64,000 bases of DNA, taken from assembly GCA_045543495.1 (NCBI GenBank), contig JAZQMO010000015.1, forward strand, positions 74,796-138,795, given 5' to 3'. This document shows, piece by piece, positions 53,929-63,247 of the stretch. The DNA comes from Eubacteriales bacterium. GTDB taxonomy: Bacteria; Bacillota; Clostridia; Oscillospirales; SIG627. The number at the start of each line of letters is the position of its first letter. Within the stretch, counting starts at the first letter, position 1. The notes beneath the pieces were generated by a model that saw only the letters and a program-made list of their open reading frames with translations, ran no database searches and was not told where the DNA came from. The translations under genes and the position numbers were made by a program.

Positions 53929-55812
53929 TTATCTCCTTCCGTTCAAATAAATCATCAAAACCGAAATGTCGGCAGGTGATACGCCCGAAATACGAGAAGC
54001 TCTGCCAATGTTCTCGGGCTTCAACTGCGCAAGCTTTTGCCGTGCCTCCAAGCGAAGGCCCTCAATTTTTGAATAGTCAATATCATCGGGAATCAGCTTG
54101 CCCTCCATCTTTTCAAATTGCTCTGCCTGCTGAAGCTGACGTTTGATATAACCCGCATACTTAATCTCAATTTCCGCTCTTGAAATCACCTCAGGAGAAA
54201 GCTCGGGGCGAGTATGATCCACATTTTTGATCAGATCATAATGGATCTCAGGACGGCGAATCAGATCCGCAAGTCGGACTCCTGCAGATATAGGCTGACT
54301 CCCCACCGATTCTAAAATTCGATTTAATTCCTCGCTGGGGGGTAAAAAACTATTTTCCGCACGCTGAATTTCATTGTCAATTGCCGCAAAAACAGAACAT
54401 TTTGCCTGATACCGCTCATCATCGATCAGGCCTACCCGCCTTCCCTCTTCAATGAGGCGACGATCCGCATTATCCTGACGGAGGATCAAGCGGTATTCAC
54501 AGCGGCTTGTCATCATACGGTAGGGCTCATTGGTTCCTTTTGTCACAAGGTCATCAATGAGCGTTCCGATATAACCCGAGCGACGGTTCAAATACAATTC
54601 CTTTTCGCCCTTGCATTTCAAAGCGGCATTGATACCGGCAACCAAGCCTTGGCAGGCTGCTTCTTCATACCCGCTGGTTCCGTTAAACTGTCCTGCGCCG
54701 AAAAGACCGGGATGATCCTTAAATTCCAGCGTTGCGCGAAGCTGAGTAGGATCAATGCAATCGTATTCAATGGCGTAAGCTGTTCTCATTACTCTGGCGT
54801 TTTCCAAGCCGCAAATCGAATGAATGACTTGGTTTTGAACGTCCTCGGGAAGCGAAGAAGAAAGTCCTTGCACATAAATCTCTTTGGTGTTCGCACCCAT
54901 TGGCTCTAAAAACAACTGATGCCGGATTTTATCGGGAAAGCGCATCACCTTATCTTCAATGCTGGGGCAATACCGAGGACCGGTACTCTTGATTTTACCG
55001 GAATATAAGGGAGAACGGTGAATATTGGCACGAATGATATCGTGGGTATGTTCGTTGGTATACACCACATAGCACTTCTTTTGTTCTTTGCTTTGGAACA
55101 TCTCTTGATCGGTATCAAAAGCAAATGCCACAGGTACCTCATCACCGCACTGCACCTCACACTTTGAGTAATCAATGCTGTCTGCGTGGATGCGAGGCGG
55201 GGTACCCGTTTTGAAACGGCGAAATTCGATACCGAGCTTTTCCAGTGAAGATGTTAAAAAAGTGGCAGAAAGAGATTGATCGGGGCCTGCAGCATAGGAT
55301 ACATCCCCCACCACAATATTGGAATTCAGGTAAGTACCGGCAGAGATAACCACACATTCACAGGTATATTGGCCACCAAATCGAGTGGTGACAATATAAC
55401 CATTTTCAGCCTTTTCCACCGAGCAGATCTCCGCCTGAATCAAGCGCAGATTTTCAGTTTCTTCACAGCAAAGCTTCATATAGTGGTGATAAGCACGGCG
55501 ATCCGACTGCTGCCTCAAGGAATGAACAGCAGGGCCCTTGCCAAGATTGAGCATTCTGCTTTGAAGGGCGGCAGAATCTGCCGCTCTTCCCATTTCACCG
55601 CCCAAGGCATCGATCTCGAAAACAAGATGGCCTTTCCCTGTGCCGCCAATGGATGGGTTACAGGGCATATTGCCCACCGCTTCCAGAGACAGGGTGAACA
55701 AAACGGTATCGACACCCATTCTTGCAGAAGCAAGTGCCGCTTCAATTCCCGCATGGCCTGCGCCAATGACCGCAACACTGCATTTTCCTGCACAAAACTT
55801 TATTTGATCCAA
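53929..55812 (-). CDS. mnmG: tRNA uridine 5-carboxymethylaminomethyl modification enzyme
   Basis: 627 aa. Contains VIGAGHAGIEAA, NPSIGGTGKGHL, GPRYCPSIEDK and SGYEEAA. Confidence 0.95.
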   Translation of the reverse strand: MDQIKFCAGKCSVAVIGAGHAGIEAALASARMGVDTVLFTLSLEAVGNMPCNPSIGGTGKGHLVFEIDALGGEMGRAADSAALQSRMLNLGKGPAVHSLRQQSDRRAYHHYMKLCCEETENLRLIQAEICSVEKAENGYIVTTRFGGQYTCECVVISAGTYLNSNIVVGDVSYAAGPDQSLSATFLTSSLEKLGIEFRRFKTGTPPRIHADSIDYSKCEVQCGDEVPVAFAFDTDQEMFQSKEQKKCYVVYTNEHTHDIIRANIHRSPLYSGKIKSTGPRYCPSIEDKVMRFPDKIRHQLFLEPMGANTKEIYVQGLSSSLPEDVQNQVIHSICGLENARVMRTAYAIEYDCIDPTQLRATLEFKDHPGLFGAGQFNGTSGYEEAACQGLVAGINAALKCKGEKELYLNRRSGYIGTLIDDLVTKGTNEPYRMMTSRCEYRLILRQDNADRRLIEEGRRVGLIDDERYQAKCSVFAAIDNEIQRAENSFLPPSEELNRILESVGSQPISAGVRLADLIRRPEIHYDLIKNVDHTRPELSPEVISRAEIEIKYAGYIKRQLQQAEQFEKMEGKLIPDDIDYSKIEGLRLEARQKLAQLKPENIGRASRISGVSPADISVLMIYLNGRR

Positions 55813-55824
55813 AATTATCCCCTT

Positions 55825-57216
55825 TTATTTTCCGATACAGAATCTGGAAAACACTTCATTCAAAATTTTTTCTCCCGCTGTTTTACCATCCACCTCCATT
55901 AAGGCAGATAATGCGGATTCAATGGTAAGAGAGGCAATATCCTTCTCCCCTCTTTCGATCTGCAAAGAGGCCTCTTCAAGCAAGCCTGTTGCTTTTTGAA
56001 GATTTCCCTTTTGGCGCAAATTGGTCACAATCGCCCCTTCGCTATAAGCAGATTCATCTGAAATATACTGATTCTCAACCCAGTTCAAAATCGGTGAAAG
56101 GTCAAATTCCGAAGCAAAGGAAACCTCAAAACGATTGGGAATAGAATCAAAATGGGATAATTCCAGCTGACAAGGAAGATCCTTTTTTGTAAAAATCAAT
56201 ACGACCTTGCTCTCTTTACTATTTTCTTTCAGAAAGTCAAGTACATCACGGTCATCATCCTCAAAAGGACGGGAAAGATCAAACAGGCCGAACACAAGAT
56301 CTGCATCCTGCGCTGTTTTCAAAGCCTTTTCCATTCCGATTTCTTCCACCACATCGGCACCGTTTTTTCGCAATCCCGCTGTATCAGCAAGATGGATCAA
56401 CACTCGTCCGGCCCGTGCGGGATATTCAATGACATCACGGGTGGTGCCGGGAATATCCGTTACAATTGCTTTTTCTTCTCCTAAAAAAGCATTAAAAAAG
56501 CTACTTTTCCCCACATTGGGCTTTCCAACAATGGCAACCGGAACTCCCGAGGTTACCGCTTTCCCCATTTCAAAGCTTTGAACCAAGCGATTGCATTCCG
56601 ATATAACTAAATTAAGCTCAGAAAGCATTTGGGAATCATCCAGTTCACCAAGATCTTCCTCGGGATAGTCCAAATAGGCCCACAAAGTAGAAGCGACCTT
56701 TAATATTTGATCACTGATCTGCCCTATTTTCTCCGAAAGCTTTCCTCTTGCCGTTTTGGAGGAAAGAAGAGCCGCAGATTCTGTCTTAGCATCCAAAAGA
56801 TCGGCAATTCCTTCCGCTGCAGTTAAGGAAACCTTGCCGTTTATAAATGCTCTGCGGGTAAATTCTCCTGCCATTGCAGGGGTAGCGCCTGCACGAATCA
56901 ATGTATTTAGAATCAGCGCTGTAATTACCTCTCCGCCGTGACAGGCGATTTCAACAACATCCTCACCCGTAAAAGAGTTTGGAGAAGAAAAATAGGTCAA
57001 AAGCACATCATCCAGAACATTCTCGGGATGATTCGGTTCTATGATTCTACCGTAGATCTGATGACGGGGGGGATATTCACAAATAGATTTTCCGGAAGCG
57101 GAAACAAATATTTTTTGTGAAATCTGTACCGCTTCTGTGCCGGAAACTCGAAGTAGTGCGACACCGCCCTTTCCCCGAGGGGTAGAGATCGCAGCAATGG
57201 TTGAAAAATCCATCAT
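55825..57216 (-). CDS. mnmE: tRNA modification GTPase
   Basis: About 463 aa from ATG 57216 (MMDFSTIAAISTPRGKGGVALLRVSG). Contains the G-domain motifs GKPNVGKSS and DTAG, and the C-terminal CIGK. Confidence 0.9.
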   Translation of the reverse strand: MMDFSTIAAISTPRGKGGVALLRVSGTEAVQISQKIFVSASGKSICEYPPRHQIYGRIIEPNHPENVLDDVLLTYFSSPNSFTGEDVVEIACHGGEVITALILNTLIRAGATPAMAGEFTRRAFINGKVSLTAAEGIADLLDAKTESAALLSSKTARGKLSEKIGQISDQILKVASTLWAYLDYPEEDLGELDDSQMLSELNLVISECNRLVQSFEMGKAVTSGVPVAIVGKPNVGKSSFFNAFLGEEKAIVTDIPGTTRDVIEYPARAGRVLIHLADTAGLRKNGADVVEEIGMEKALKTAQDADLVFGLFDLSRPFEDDDRDVLDFLKENSKESKVVLIFTKKDLPCQLELSHFDSIPNRFEVSFASEFDLSPILNWVENQYISDESAYSEGAIVTNLRQKGNLQKATGLLEEASLQIERGEKDIASLTIESALSALMEVDGKTAGEKILNEVFSRFCIGK

Positions 57217-57243
57217 TATCCAATCCAAATCCAAATTCAATAT

Positions 57244-57275
57244 TAAAACAAAACAGCGGCGGGATGCCCCGCCGC
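57244..57275 (-). terminator. Terminator/attenuator between jag and mnmE
   Basis: GC-rich stem gcggcggg/ccccgccgc followed by UGUUUUGUUUU on the minus-strand RNA. Confidence 0.6.
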
Positions 57276-57280
57276 ATATT

Positions 57281-58072
57281 TTATAAATTCACCATTTCGG
57301 TATCTTCCACATCGGCGAGATTGATATCTTCGATGCTCTTTGCCTTTACAATCGTTTTAGGCTCTCTGACAGGATTGTATTCGTATACAACCTTGGGCTT
57401 CTGCTCTGTAGCAGCAGGCTTCCGTCTGGGTCTGGATTCGTGGCTCTTGCCGCCTTCGGGAGACATTACCACTCTTCTTTCCTCACCGGAACCGATGGAA
57501 TGGGTGGTCACTCCGCCAATGTCCTGTGCCTGAGAATGAATGATTCTTCTCTCGTAAGCACTCATAGGTTCAAAGGTCACATTGCGACCGGTGCGCTTAA
57601 CACGCTGTGCGGTCTTTCTGGCGAGTGCCTTCAAGGTGTTTTCTCTCTTGGAACGGTAGTTTTCAATATCAATGGTGACACGAACGTAATCTTCGCCGTG
57701 GCGGTTGGTCACAAGGCTCAAAAGATACTGGAGAGAATCCAATACTTCGCCGTGATGCCCGATCAAAATACCGAGATCGTCGCCTTCCAAGGTGTAATTG
57801 AGATCACCCGACTCCTTTTCTTCGCAGTGAATTGTAGCCTGAATACCGGTGTTTCGAATAAAGGTCTGCAAAAAATCTTCCGTTGCTTCTCGAACGCCTT
57901 GTGCGAAGCGAACAACGATTTTAGCATCGGAGGAGCCAATGCCGAGAAAACCTTTCTTTGCTTCTTCCAGAACGGAATAATCCAGTTCCTCGGAAGAACG
58001 GTTAAGCTGCTGCGAAGCAAGGGCAAGTGCATCTTCAACACTTTTTGCAGTAAAATAAAGTTCTTTGATCAT
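57281..58072 (-). CDS. jag: Jag/KhpB RNA-binding protein (Jag_N-KH-R3H)
   Basis: 263 aa. Has an R3H region (EPMSAYERRIIHSQAQDIGGVTTHSIGSGEERRVV). It lies downstream of yidC. Confidence 0.85.
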   Translation of the reverse strand: MIKELYFTAKSVEDALALASQQLNRSSEELDYSVLEEAKKGFLGIGSSDAKIVVRFAQGVREATEDFLQTFIRNTGIQATIHCEEKESGDLNYTLEGDDLGILIGHHGEVLDSLQYLLSLVTNRHGEDYVRVTIDIENYRSKRENTLKALARKTAQRVKRTGRNVTFEPMSAYERRIIHSQAQDIGGVTTHSIGSGEERRVVMSPEGGKSHESRPRRKPAATEQKPKVVYEYNPVREPKTIVKAKSIEDINLADVEDTEMVNL

Positions 58073-58092
58073 AATGCCGCTTCCTTCTCTAA

Positions 58093-59388
58093 TTATTTTT
58101 CGTCCTCTTTAAGAGGCGCTTTGTCTACAACACTTTTATCATCCTTCGCCTTCTCCTTCAAGACCTTCTTTTCAGGAGCACGGGAGACGGATTCATATTC
58201 ATCGTCATCATCGTAAACAAGGGATTTCTTCTTTTTTCCATCGGGATTGGAGGAGGTCCCTTTTTTCTTTTTGATCTTACCACCATACATCCGCTCAGCC
58301 TCCCGCATTTCCTCAGGAGTGATCTCCTTGATGGGATACATCTTAGAGAGGGCAATCTGCTGGACAGGGCTTAAAATACTGGACATCATCCAGTAAATAC
58401 CAACGGCAGTGGGAACCTGAAATGCAATGTACAAGCTGAAAAGAGGCATGAAAATATTCATCATTTTCATTTGGCTCTGCATTTCGGGAGCCTGCTCGGG
58501 CTGATAGCTGAACTTGCGGGTCAAAGCCTGACCGAAATAGGCACAAATCAGGTTAAGAATAGGAATAAGCAGAAGAAGCTTCGCTCCCCATTTCTCCGCA
58601 GAAAAGAGAGAAATACTGGGAACCACACCGAGATCAAAGCCATCAAAAAGCTCAAGCTCGGGAAGCTCATCCACAATCTTTTGACCGTTGATCACCTCTT
58701 GATCCAAGCCATCACCCACCATAACCTTGGTACCGTTTTTATTATAATGAGTCGCAGAATCGAAGAGGGCGACAAACTCCTCCTCGTGATCACGGATATA
58801 ACTGATGGAGTTAATTTCGGCATAAAAGGTAAACTTGCCGTTGTCAATGGCATCGCCGAATGCCTTTTCATCATAATCCTTTTTCAAGGTAAGAAATTTA
58901 TCAAGCTGACGGTCTTTGAAATTTTCAATTTCCTTGTCGTCTTCATAAACCATATAGGTAACGGTTTGCTTAATGGCCTGCACCGTATCAAACTGCTCGG
59001 CAGTAGGCAGACTCGCCGTGTAGGTCAAGGGAGAACGGACAACGCCGTAAACCGCTAAAAGCACCATCATGGAAACAAGCATAGGAAGACAACCGCCCAA
59101 GGGACTGAAGTTTTCCTTTTGATAGAGCTCCTGAATCTCGGTATTCATCTTCATTTGGGTTGCTCTATCGTTGCGTCCTGCGTACTTTTTACGAATGACA
59201 TTTTCCTTGGGGCGAAGACTTGCCTGCTTTTGGGAATTCTTCTGCTGCTTGATACCAAAGGGAAACATAATCAGCTTCAGAAGAATAGAAAATACAAGAA
59301 TCGCGATTAAATAGTTGTTGGAAACACTATAAAGCCACTTGATAATAAATCCGAAAGGAATTCGGATCAAGTCAAAAATTCCCTGCAA
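58093..59388 (-). CDS. yidC: Membrane protein insertase YidC/SpoIIIJ family
   Basis: Contains YLIAILVFSILLKLIMFPFGIKQQK and GCLPMLVSMMVL, plus a basic C-terminal tail. The start is uncertain. I prefer TTG 59388 (RBS gaaaggaa, just after the yidD stop) over the TTG at 59433. Confidence 0.8.
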   Translation of the reverse strand: MQGIFDLIRIPFGFIIKWLYSVSNNYLIAILVFSILLKLIMFPFGIKQQKNSQKQASLRPKENVIRKKYAGRNDRATQMKMNTEIQELYQKENFSPLGGCLPMLVSMMVLLAVYGVVRSPLTYTASLPTAEQFDTVQAIKQTVTYMVYEDDKEIENFKDRQLDKFLTLKKDYDEKAFGDAIDNGKFTFYAEINSISYIRDHEEEFVALFDSATHYNKNGTKVMVGDGLDQEVINGQKIVDELPELELFDGFDLGVVPSISLFSAEKWGAKLLLLIPILNLICAYFGQALTRKFSYQPEQAPEMQSQMKMMNIFMPLFSLYIAFQVPTAVGIYWMMSSILSPVQQIALSKMYPIKEITPEEMREAERMYGGKIKKKKGTSSNPDGKKKKSLVYDDDDEYESVSRAPEKKVLKEKAKDDKSVVDKAPLKEDEK

Positions 59389-59389
59389 T

Positions 59390-59626
59390 TTAATGTTCCT
59401 TTCTGTTGAAAAAACAATCGGGAACGGGATCAAAACCGCCCTTCCCGAAGGGGTTGCAACGTAAAATACGCCAAACGGTCAAGCATGTTCCTTTGAAAAA
59501 GCCGTGCTTTCTGTATGCTTCCACAGCATACGAGGAACAAGTCGGAGTAAAACGGCAGTGGGGACCGATCAGCGGTGAAATGAATTTCTGATACAATCGG
59601 ATCAGAAAAATGCAAATATACTTCAA
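59390..59626 (-). CDS. yidD: Membrane protein insertion efficiency factor
   Basis: 78 aa. Contains [26 protein letters not shown]...RILRCNPF. Confidence 0.9.
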   Translation of the reverse strand: MKYICIFLIRLYQKFISPLIGPHCRFTPTCSSYAVEAYRKHGFFKGTCLTVWRILRCNPFGKGGFDPVPDCFFNRKEH

Positions 59627-59988
59627 TCTTCGGTTTCCTCAAGAATCAAATTGAGTTTGGTAAAAGCTTTCATCAAATCCGAGCGAACCTGATCCATTTT
59701 TCTCGTTTTATCCACGATCGGGGATCGGGCTACCACAACGATCCAAAAAGGCTTTTTCCACGAAACCTCTTGGGAGATCTGACGAAACGCTTCCCGAATC
59801 AAGCGACGGGCACGGGAGCGCTGAACGGCATTTCCCAGCTTTTTGCCGGTGGTAATACCAAGAAGCGTATTCCCTGATTTGTAATTTCTCAGGGCATAAA
59901 CACAAACATTTTTTTCTGCGTCTCTCTTCCCTTTTGCGTATACCTTGGAAAACAAATAACTTTCTTTGATCGCAATGATCTTCGACAT
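59623..59988 (-). CDS. rnpA: RNase P protein component
   Basis: About 121 aa. Contains [26 protein letters not shown]. The start is either ATG 59988 or GTG 59994. Confidence 0.9.
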   Translation of the reverse strand: MSKIIAIKESYLFSKVYAKGKRDAEKNVCVYALRNYKSGNTLLGITTGKKLGNAVQRSRARRLIREAFRQISQEVSWKKPFWIVVVARSPIVDKTRKMDQVRSDLMKAFTKLNLILEETED

Positions 59989-60087
59989 AGGCACCGGTCC
60001 TATCTGAAACGGGAAGATATAGAAAAAACCACCGGCTCACAGAAACCCGGATCACGGTGGTTTTTATACTAATCCCGTTTGCAAGAA

Positions 60088-60222
60088 TTAATAGGTGAGT
60101 CTTGCTCTCATTTTTGCTCTGCGTCTCTTAAGCACCTTTCTGCCGTTGGCAGTTTTCATTCTCTTGCGGAAGCCGTGCTCCATTTTTCTCTGACGCTTTT
60201 TGGGCTGATAAGTTCTGATCAC
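60088..60222 (-). CDS. rpmH: 50S ribosomal protein L34
   Basis: Not in the ORF track because it is only 44 aa. GTG start at 60222 after the RBS AAGGAGGTG. Translation: (M)[43 protein letters not shown]. Confidence 0.9.
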   Translation of the reverse strand: MIRTYQPKKRQRKMEHGFRKRMKTANGRKVLKRRRAKMRARLTY

Positions 60223-60269
60223 TTTTTTGCACCTCCTTATAGCTAGCGCTAAGTTTTCGACTAAAGGTT

Positions 60270-60299
60270 ATTATACTATGAAACCCCGCTCGATGTCAA
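60270..60299 (-). promoter_or_regulatory. Promoter of rpmH-rnpA
   Basis: Minus strand: TTGACA (60294-60299), 18-nt spacer, TATAAT (60270-60275). Confidence 0.6.
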
Positions 60300-60319
60300 G
60301 CGTTTTTCAAAAAAAGCCT

Positions 60320-61165
60320 TCACTTTGCGGCTTTTGATTGACTGTTGAAATACAAAAGGGCGGCACCGATTACGGTTCCGTAGCGAGAGTCCTCGGGGAA
60401 AATAAAGTTCATATTGAACATTTTACCGAGAACACCGAATACATACTTTGCTTTCTTCATAATAGAAAGCTTACCGGTTAAAACCACATTTTTAATATCA
60501 AAGCTTCTTGCGGCAAATACGCTCATCATTCCAATGGTCTCAAACACCATATTGATAATACCAAATGCCAAATCCTCACGGGTGGCAAGGTCGGAAAGGT
60601 TTCCGAAATTGGAGGCCGTGGTGTCCAATTCCAAGGTCGGACTCAAGCTTTTGTTGGAAATATCGGAAATGCGAAGATCAACTTTGGAAATATCTCCATT
60701 TTCCGCAAGAGCTTCCAAATGGTCAATATCTCGGATCTCCAGCATGGTCTGGGCAAGACCCACCAAGGTTCCGCCGCCAACTCCCGTACCGCCAATGTAT
60801 TCCATGCTTTCATTCTTCACGTGAACCAAGGCTGTTCCCGTTCCCATACTGACAACAATGGCTTCGTCCAGCTTTGCCAGATACTGTCCACCCAAGCCAA
60901 TGCAGTCAAACTCTGCAACATGCTCGGTCTTGATTCCGTAAAGATCCTCACTGATATGGCTGCTACCGGCTCCGGTTACCATAACACGGTCCACATCGGC
61001 CAGATTGATATGATTGATTGAAGTGAATTTTCCAAAGGCTCCGTAAACAGAAGAGATCGGATCATCCGCCTTCACGGATAGCGGCTCGATCAGGGTTCTG
61101 TCTTCCCGAAAGCCGCAGATTTTAGTTGTACTGCCGCCAATATCAATTCCAAGAACGATTCCCAT
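60320..61165 (-). CDS. coaW: Type II pantothenate kinase
   Basis: 281 aa ASKHA-fold protein. Contains GIDIGGSTTKI, VSMGTGTALV, IGGTGVGGGTL and TASNFG, which closely parallel staphylococcal type II PanK. Confidence 0.75.
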   Translation of the reverse strand: MGIVLGIDIGGSTTKICGFREDRTLIEPLSVKADDPISSVYGAFGKFTSINHINLADVDRVMVTGAGSSHISEDLYGIKTEHVAEFDCIGLGGQYLAKLDEAIVVSMGTGTALVHVKNESMEYIGGTGVGGGTLVGLAQTMLEIRDIDHLEALAENGDISKVDLRISDISNKSLSPTLELDTTASNFGNLSDLATREDLAFGIINMVFETIGMMSVFAARSFDIKNVVLTGKLSIMKKAKYVFGVLGKMFNMNFIFPEDSRYGTVIGAALLYFNSQSKAAK

Positions 61166-61193
61166 AGCTTTGCTCCTTTATTTTTCTTTTTTT

Positions 61194-61222
61194 ATTGTAC
61201 CACAAATGCGCTTTTCCGTCAA
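61194..61222 (-). promoter_or_regulatory. Promoter of coaW
   Basis: Minus strand: TTGACG (61217-61222), 17-nt spacer, TACAAT (61194-61199). Confidence 0.55.
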
Positions 61223-61292
61223 GAATAGGCAGAAGATATAGACTTTTTTCCCTTTGTTTGTTATAATGAATCATCAATGATTGAGGTAGCGT

Positions 61293-62190
61293 ATGGAATG
61301 TAATCTTTGTCCGAGAAATTGTGGAGTGGATCGCAGGATTCAAAGAGGCGTTTGCGGGGCGACAAATGAGGTGCGTGTCGCAAAGTATATGCTTCACCAA
61401 TGGGAGGAGCCATGCATCTGCCACGGTGCAGGAAGCGGCGCCGTATTTTTTTTCAGGCTGTCCCCTGCACTGTATCTTCTGTCAAAATCACAGCATCTCC
61501 TCGGAAAGCACGGGAAATTGTTATGATGAATCTTCCCTTGCCAAGTTATATCTAAGCTTGCAGAAAAACGGTGCCTGTAACATCAATCTTGTCAGTCCCA
61601 CGCCGTACCTTCCCACGGTTGCTCGATCTCTTGAAATAGCAAAAGGGATGGGACTTTCCATTCCCATTGTGTATAACAGCAGCGGATATGAAAAAGAGGA
61701 AAGCTTAAAATCACTTTCGGGCCTGATTGAAATCTATTTACCCGATTTTAAATTTTTGTCCGAGGAGCTTGCACACACCGTTTGCCAAGCAAAAGACTAT
61801 CCGAGATTTGCACGCAAATCCCTTGATGAGATGATAAGGCAAACCGGTTCAATTGAATACGAGGGTGGAAAGTTAAAAAGGGGTGTGATCCTTCGCCACC
61901 TTGTTTTGCCGGGGCAAACCCGAGATTCCATTGAGATCTTAAATCTGATCTATAACACATATGGTACCGACTCCCTCATTCTCTCCCTGATGCGACAGTA
62001 CACCCCTATGCACAAAGGGAAAGAGATTCCGCCTTTTCACCGCAGGATCACAAGTCTGGAATACGAGCGAGTAGTCCGAAAAGCCCGGGAGCTTGGCTTT
62101 AAGCATATTTTTGTTCAGGAAAAAGAAAGTGCAACGGAAGAATTCGTGCCCGATTTTTTCGAAACAAAGCCTGTTTTTCTTGACAAATAA
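61293..62190 (+). pseudogene. Radical SAM protein (PflA-like activase family) interrupted by a +1 frameshift in a T8 run
   Basis: Frame A (from 61293) reads MECNLCPRNCGVDRR...LHQWEEPCI..GSGAVFFF. Frame B continues FFSGCPLHCIFCQNHSIS... to 62190. Deleting one T from the T8 run at 61446-61453 restores ...GSGAVFFSGCPLHCIFCQN (the CxxxCxxC motif). Confidence 0.8.
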
Positions 62191-62239
62191 TTTTGAGAAT
62201 GATAAAATTTTTTGCGTAGTTTAAAACTTGGAGGTTCAA

Positions 62240-63211
62240 ATGAAAATCGGTATTTACGGCTACGGAAATTTAGGCCGTGGCGTTGAAAAAGCTATTTTAA
62301 AAAATGCGGATGCAGAGCTCGTCGGCATTTTCACAAGAAGAGATCCCGCCACCGTTTTGTCCGAAACAGGTGCAAAGGTTTACCACAGCTCGGAAGCGAT
62401 CAAATTCAAGGATACGATCGACGTTATGATCCTTTGCGGCGGCAGTGCCACCGACCTCGTGACCCAAACTCCCGAAATGGTGGAGCATTTCAATGTGGTT
62501 GACAGCTTTGATAACCATTCCAAAATTCCCGAGCATTTTGCCAACGTTGATAAAGCCGCACAGAAATCAGGCAAGATCGGTGTGATCTCCTGCGGATGGG
62601 ATCCCGGTATGTTTTCTTTAATGAGAGTATACTCAGGTGCTATCCTTCCCGACGGGAAGGATTATACCTTCTGGGGAACAGGCGTGAGCCAAGGCCACTC
62701 CGATGCCATTCGCAGAATTGAAGGCGTTTTGGATGCAAGACAGTATACTGTTCCCGTGGAGGAAGCACTGGAAAGAGTGCGCAGCGGTGAAAATCCCGAT
62801 CTGACCACCCGTGAAAAGCACAAGAGAGTGTGCTATGTGGTTGCAAAGGAAGGGGCAGATCAGGCAAAGATCGAAAAGACCATCAAGGAAATGCCTGCTT
62901 ACTTTGCCGATTACGATACCAGTGTTACCTTTATTTCTATGGAGGAGCTGAAGCGGGATCACGCCGCTCTCCCCCACGGTGGCTTCGTGTTCCGCTCGGG
63001 ATGTACCTCTGACGGCGCAAAGCAAATGATCGAGTATAAGCTGAAGCTGGATTCTAACCCCGAATTCACAGGAAGCGTTTTGGTAGCGGTAGCAAGAGCC
63101 GCAAAAAGACTTTCCGAAAAAGGAATGAAGGGTGCCCTGACCATTTTAGATCTTCCTCCAAGCATGCTCTCTCCCCTCTCTCCCGAGGAATTGAGGAAGC
63201 ATAGCCTATAA
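62240..63211 (+). CDS. ddh: meso-Diaminopimelate D-dehydrogenase
   Basis: About 323 aa from ATG 62240 (MKIGIYGYGNLGRGVEKAI...), preceded by the RBS ggagg. Contains GWDPGMFS and GVSQGHSDA motifs. Confidence 0.85.
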   Translation: MKIGIYGYGNLGRGVEKAILKNADAELVGIFTRRDPATVLSETGAKVYHSSEAIKFKDTIDVMILCGGSATDLVTQTPEMVEHFNVVDSFDNHSKIPEHFANVDKAAQKSGKIGVISCGWDPGMFSLMRVYSGAILPDGKDYTFWGTGVSQGHSDAIRRIEGVLDARQYTVPVEEALERVRSGENPDLTTREKHKRVCYVVAKEGADQAKIEKTIKEMPAYFADYDTSVTFISMEELKRDHAALPHGGFVFRSGCTSDGAKQMIEYKLKLDSNPEFTGSVLVAVARAAKRLSEKGMKGALTILDLPPSMLSPLSPEELRKHSL

Positions 63212-63247
63212 AAAATAAGTGCGAGATTTTCTCGCACTTATTTTTTT
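63211..63247. terminator. Bidirectional rho-independent terminator
   Basis: Stem taagtgcgag/ctcgcactta with loop atttt, flanked by A5 and T7. It lies between convergent genes. Confidence 0.8.

Noticed and set aside
59995-60087. A structured element between rpmH and rnpA
   Set aside because: There is only a 6-7-bp stem (ccaccg/cggtgg) with a roughly 20-nt loop, followed by a T-run. It is compatible with the weak rpmH-rnpA attenuator common in bacteria, and is too weak to call as a separate feature.
60225-60320. Possible oriC or DnaA-box cluster next to rpmH
   Set aside because: I found no TTATCCACA/TGTGGATAA-like repeats or AT-rich unwinding element. The region is explained by the rpmH promoter and the coaW stop.
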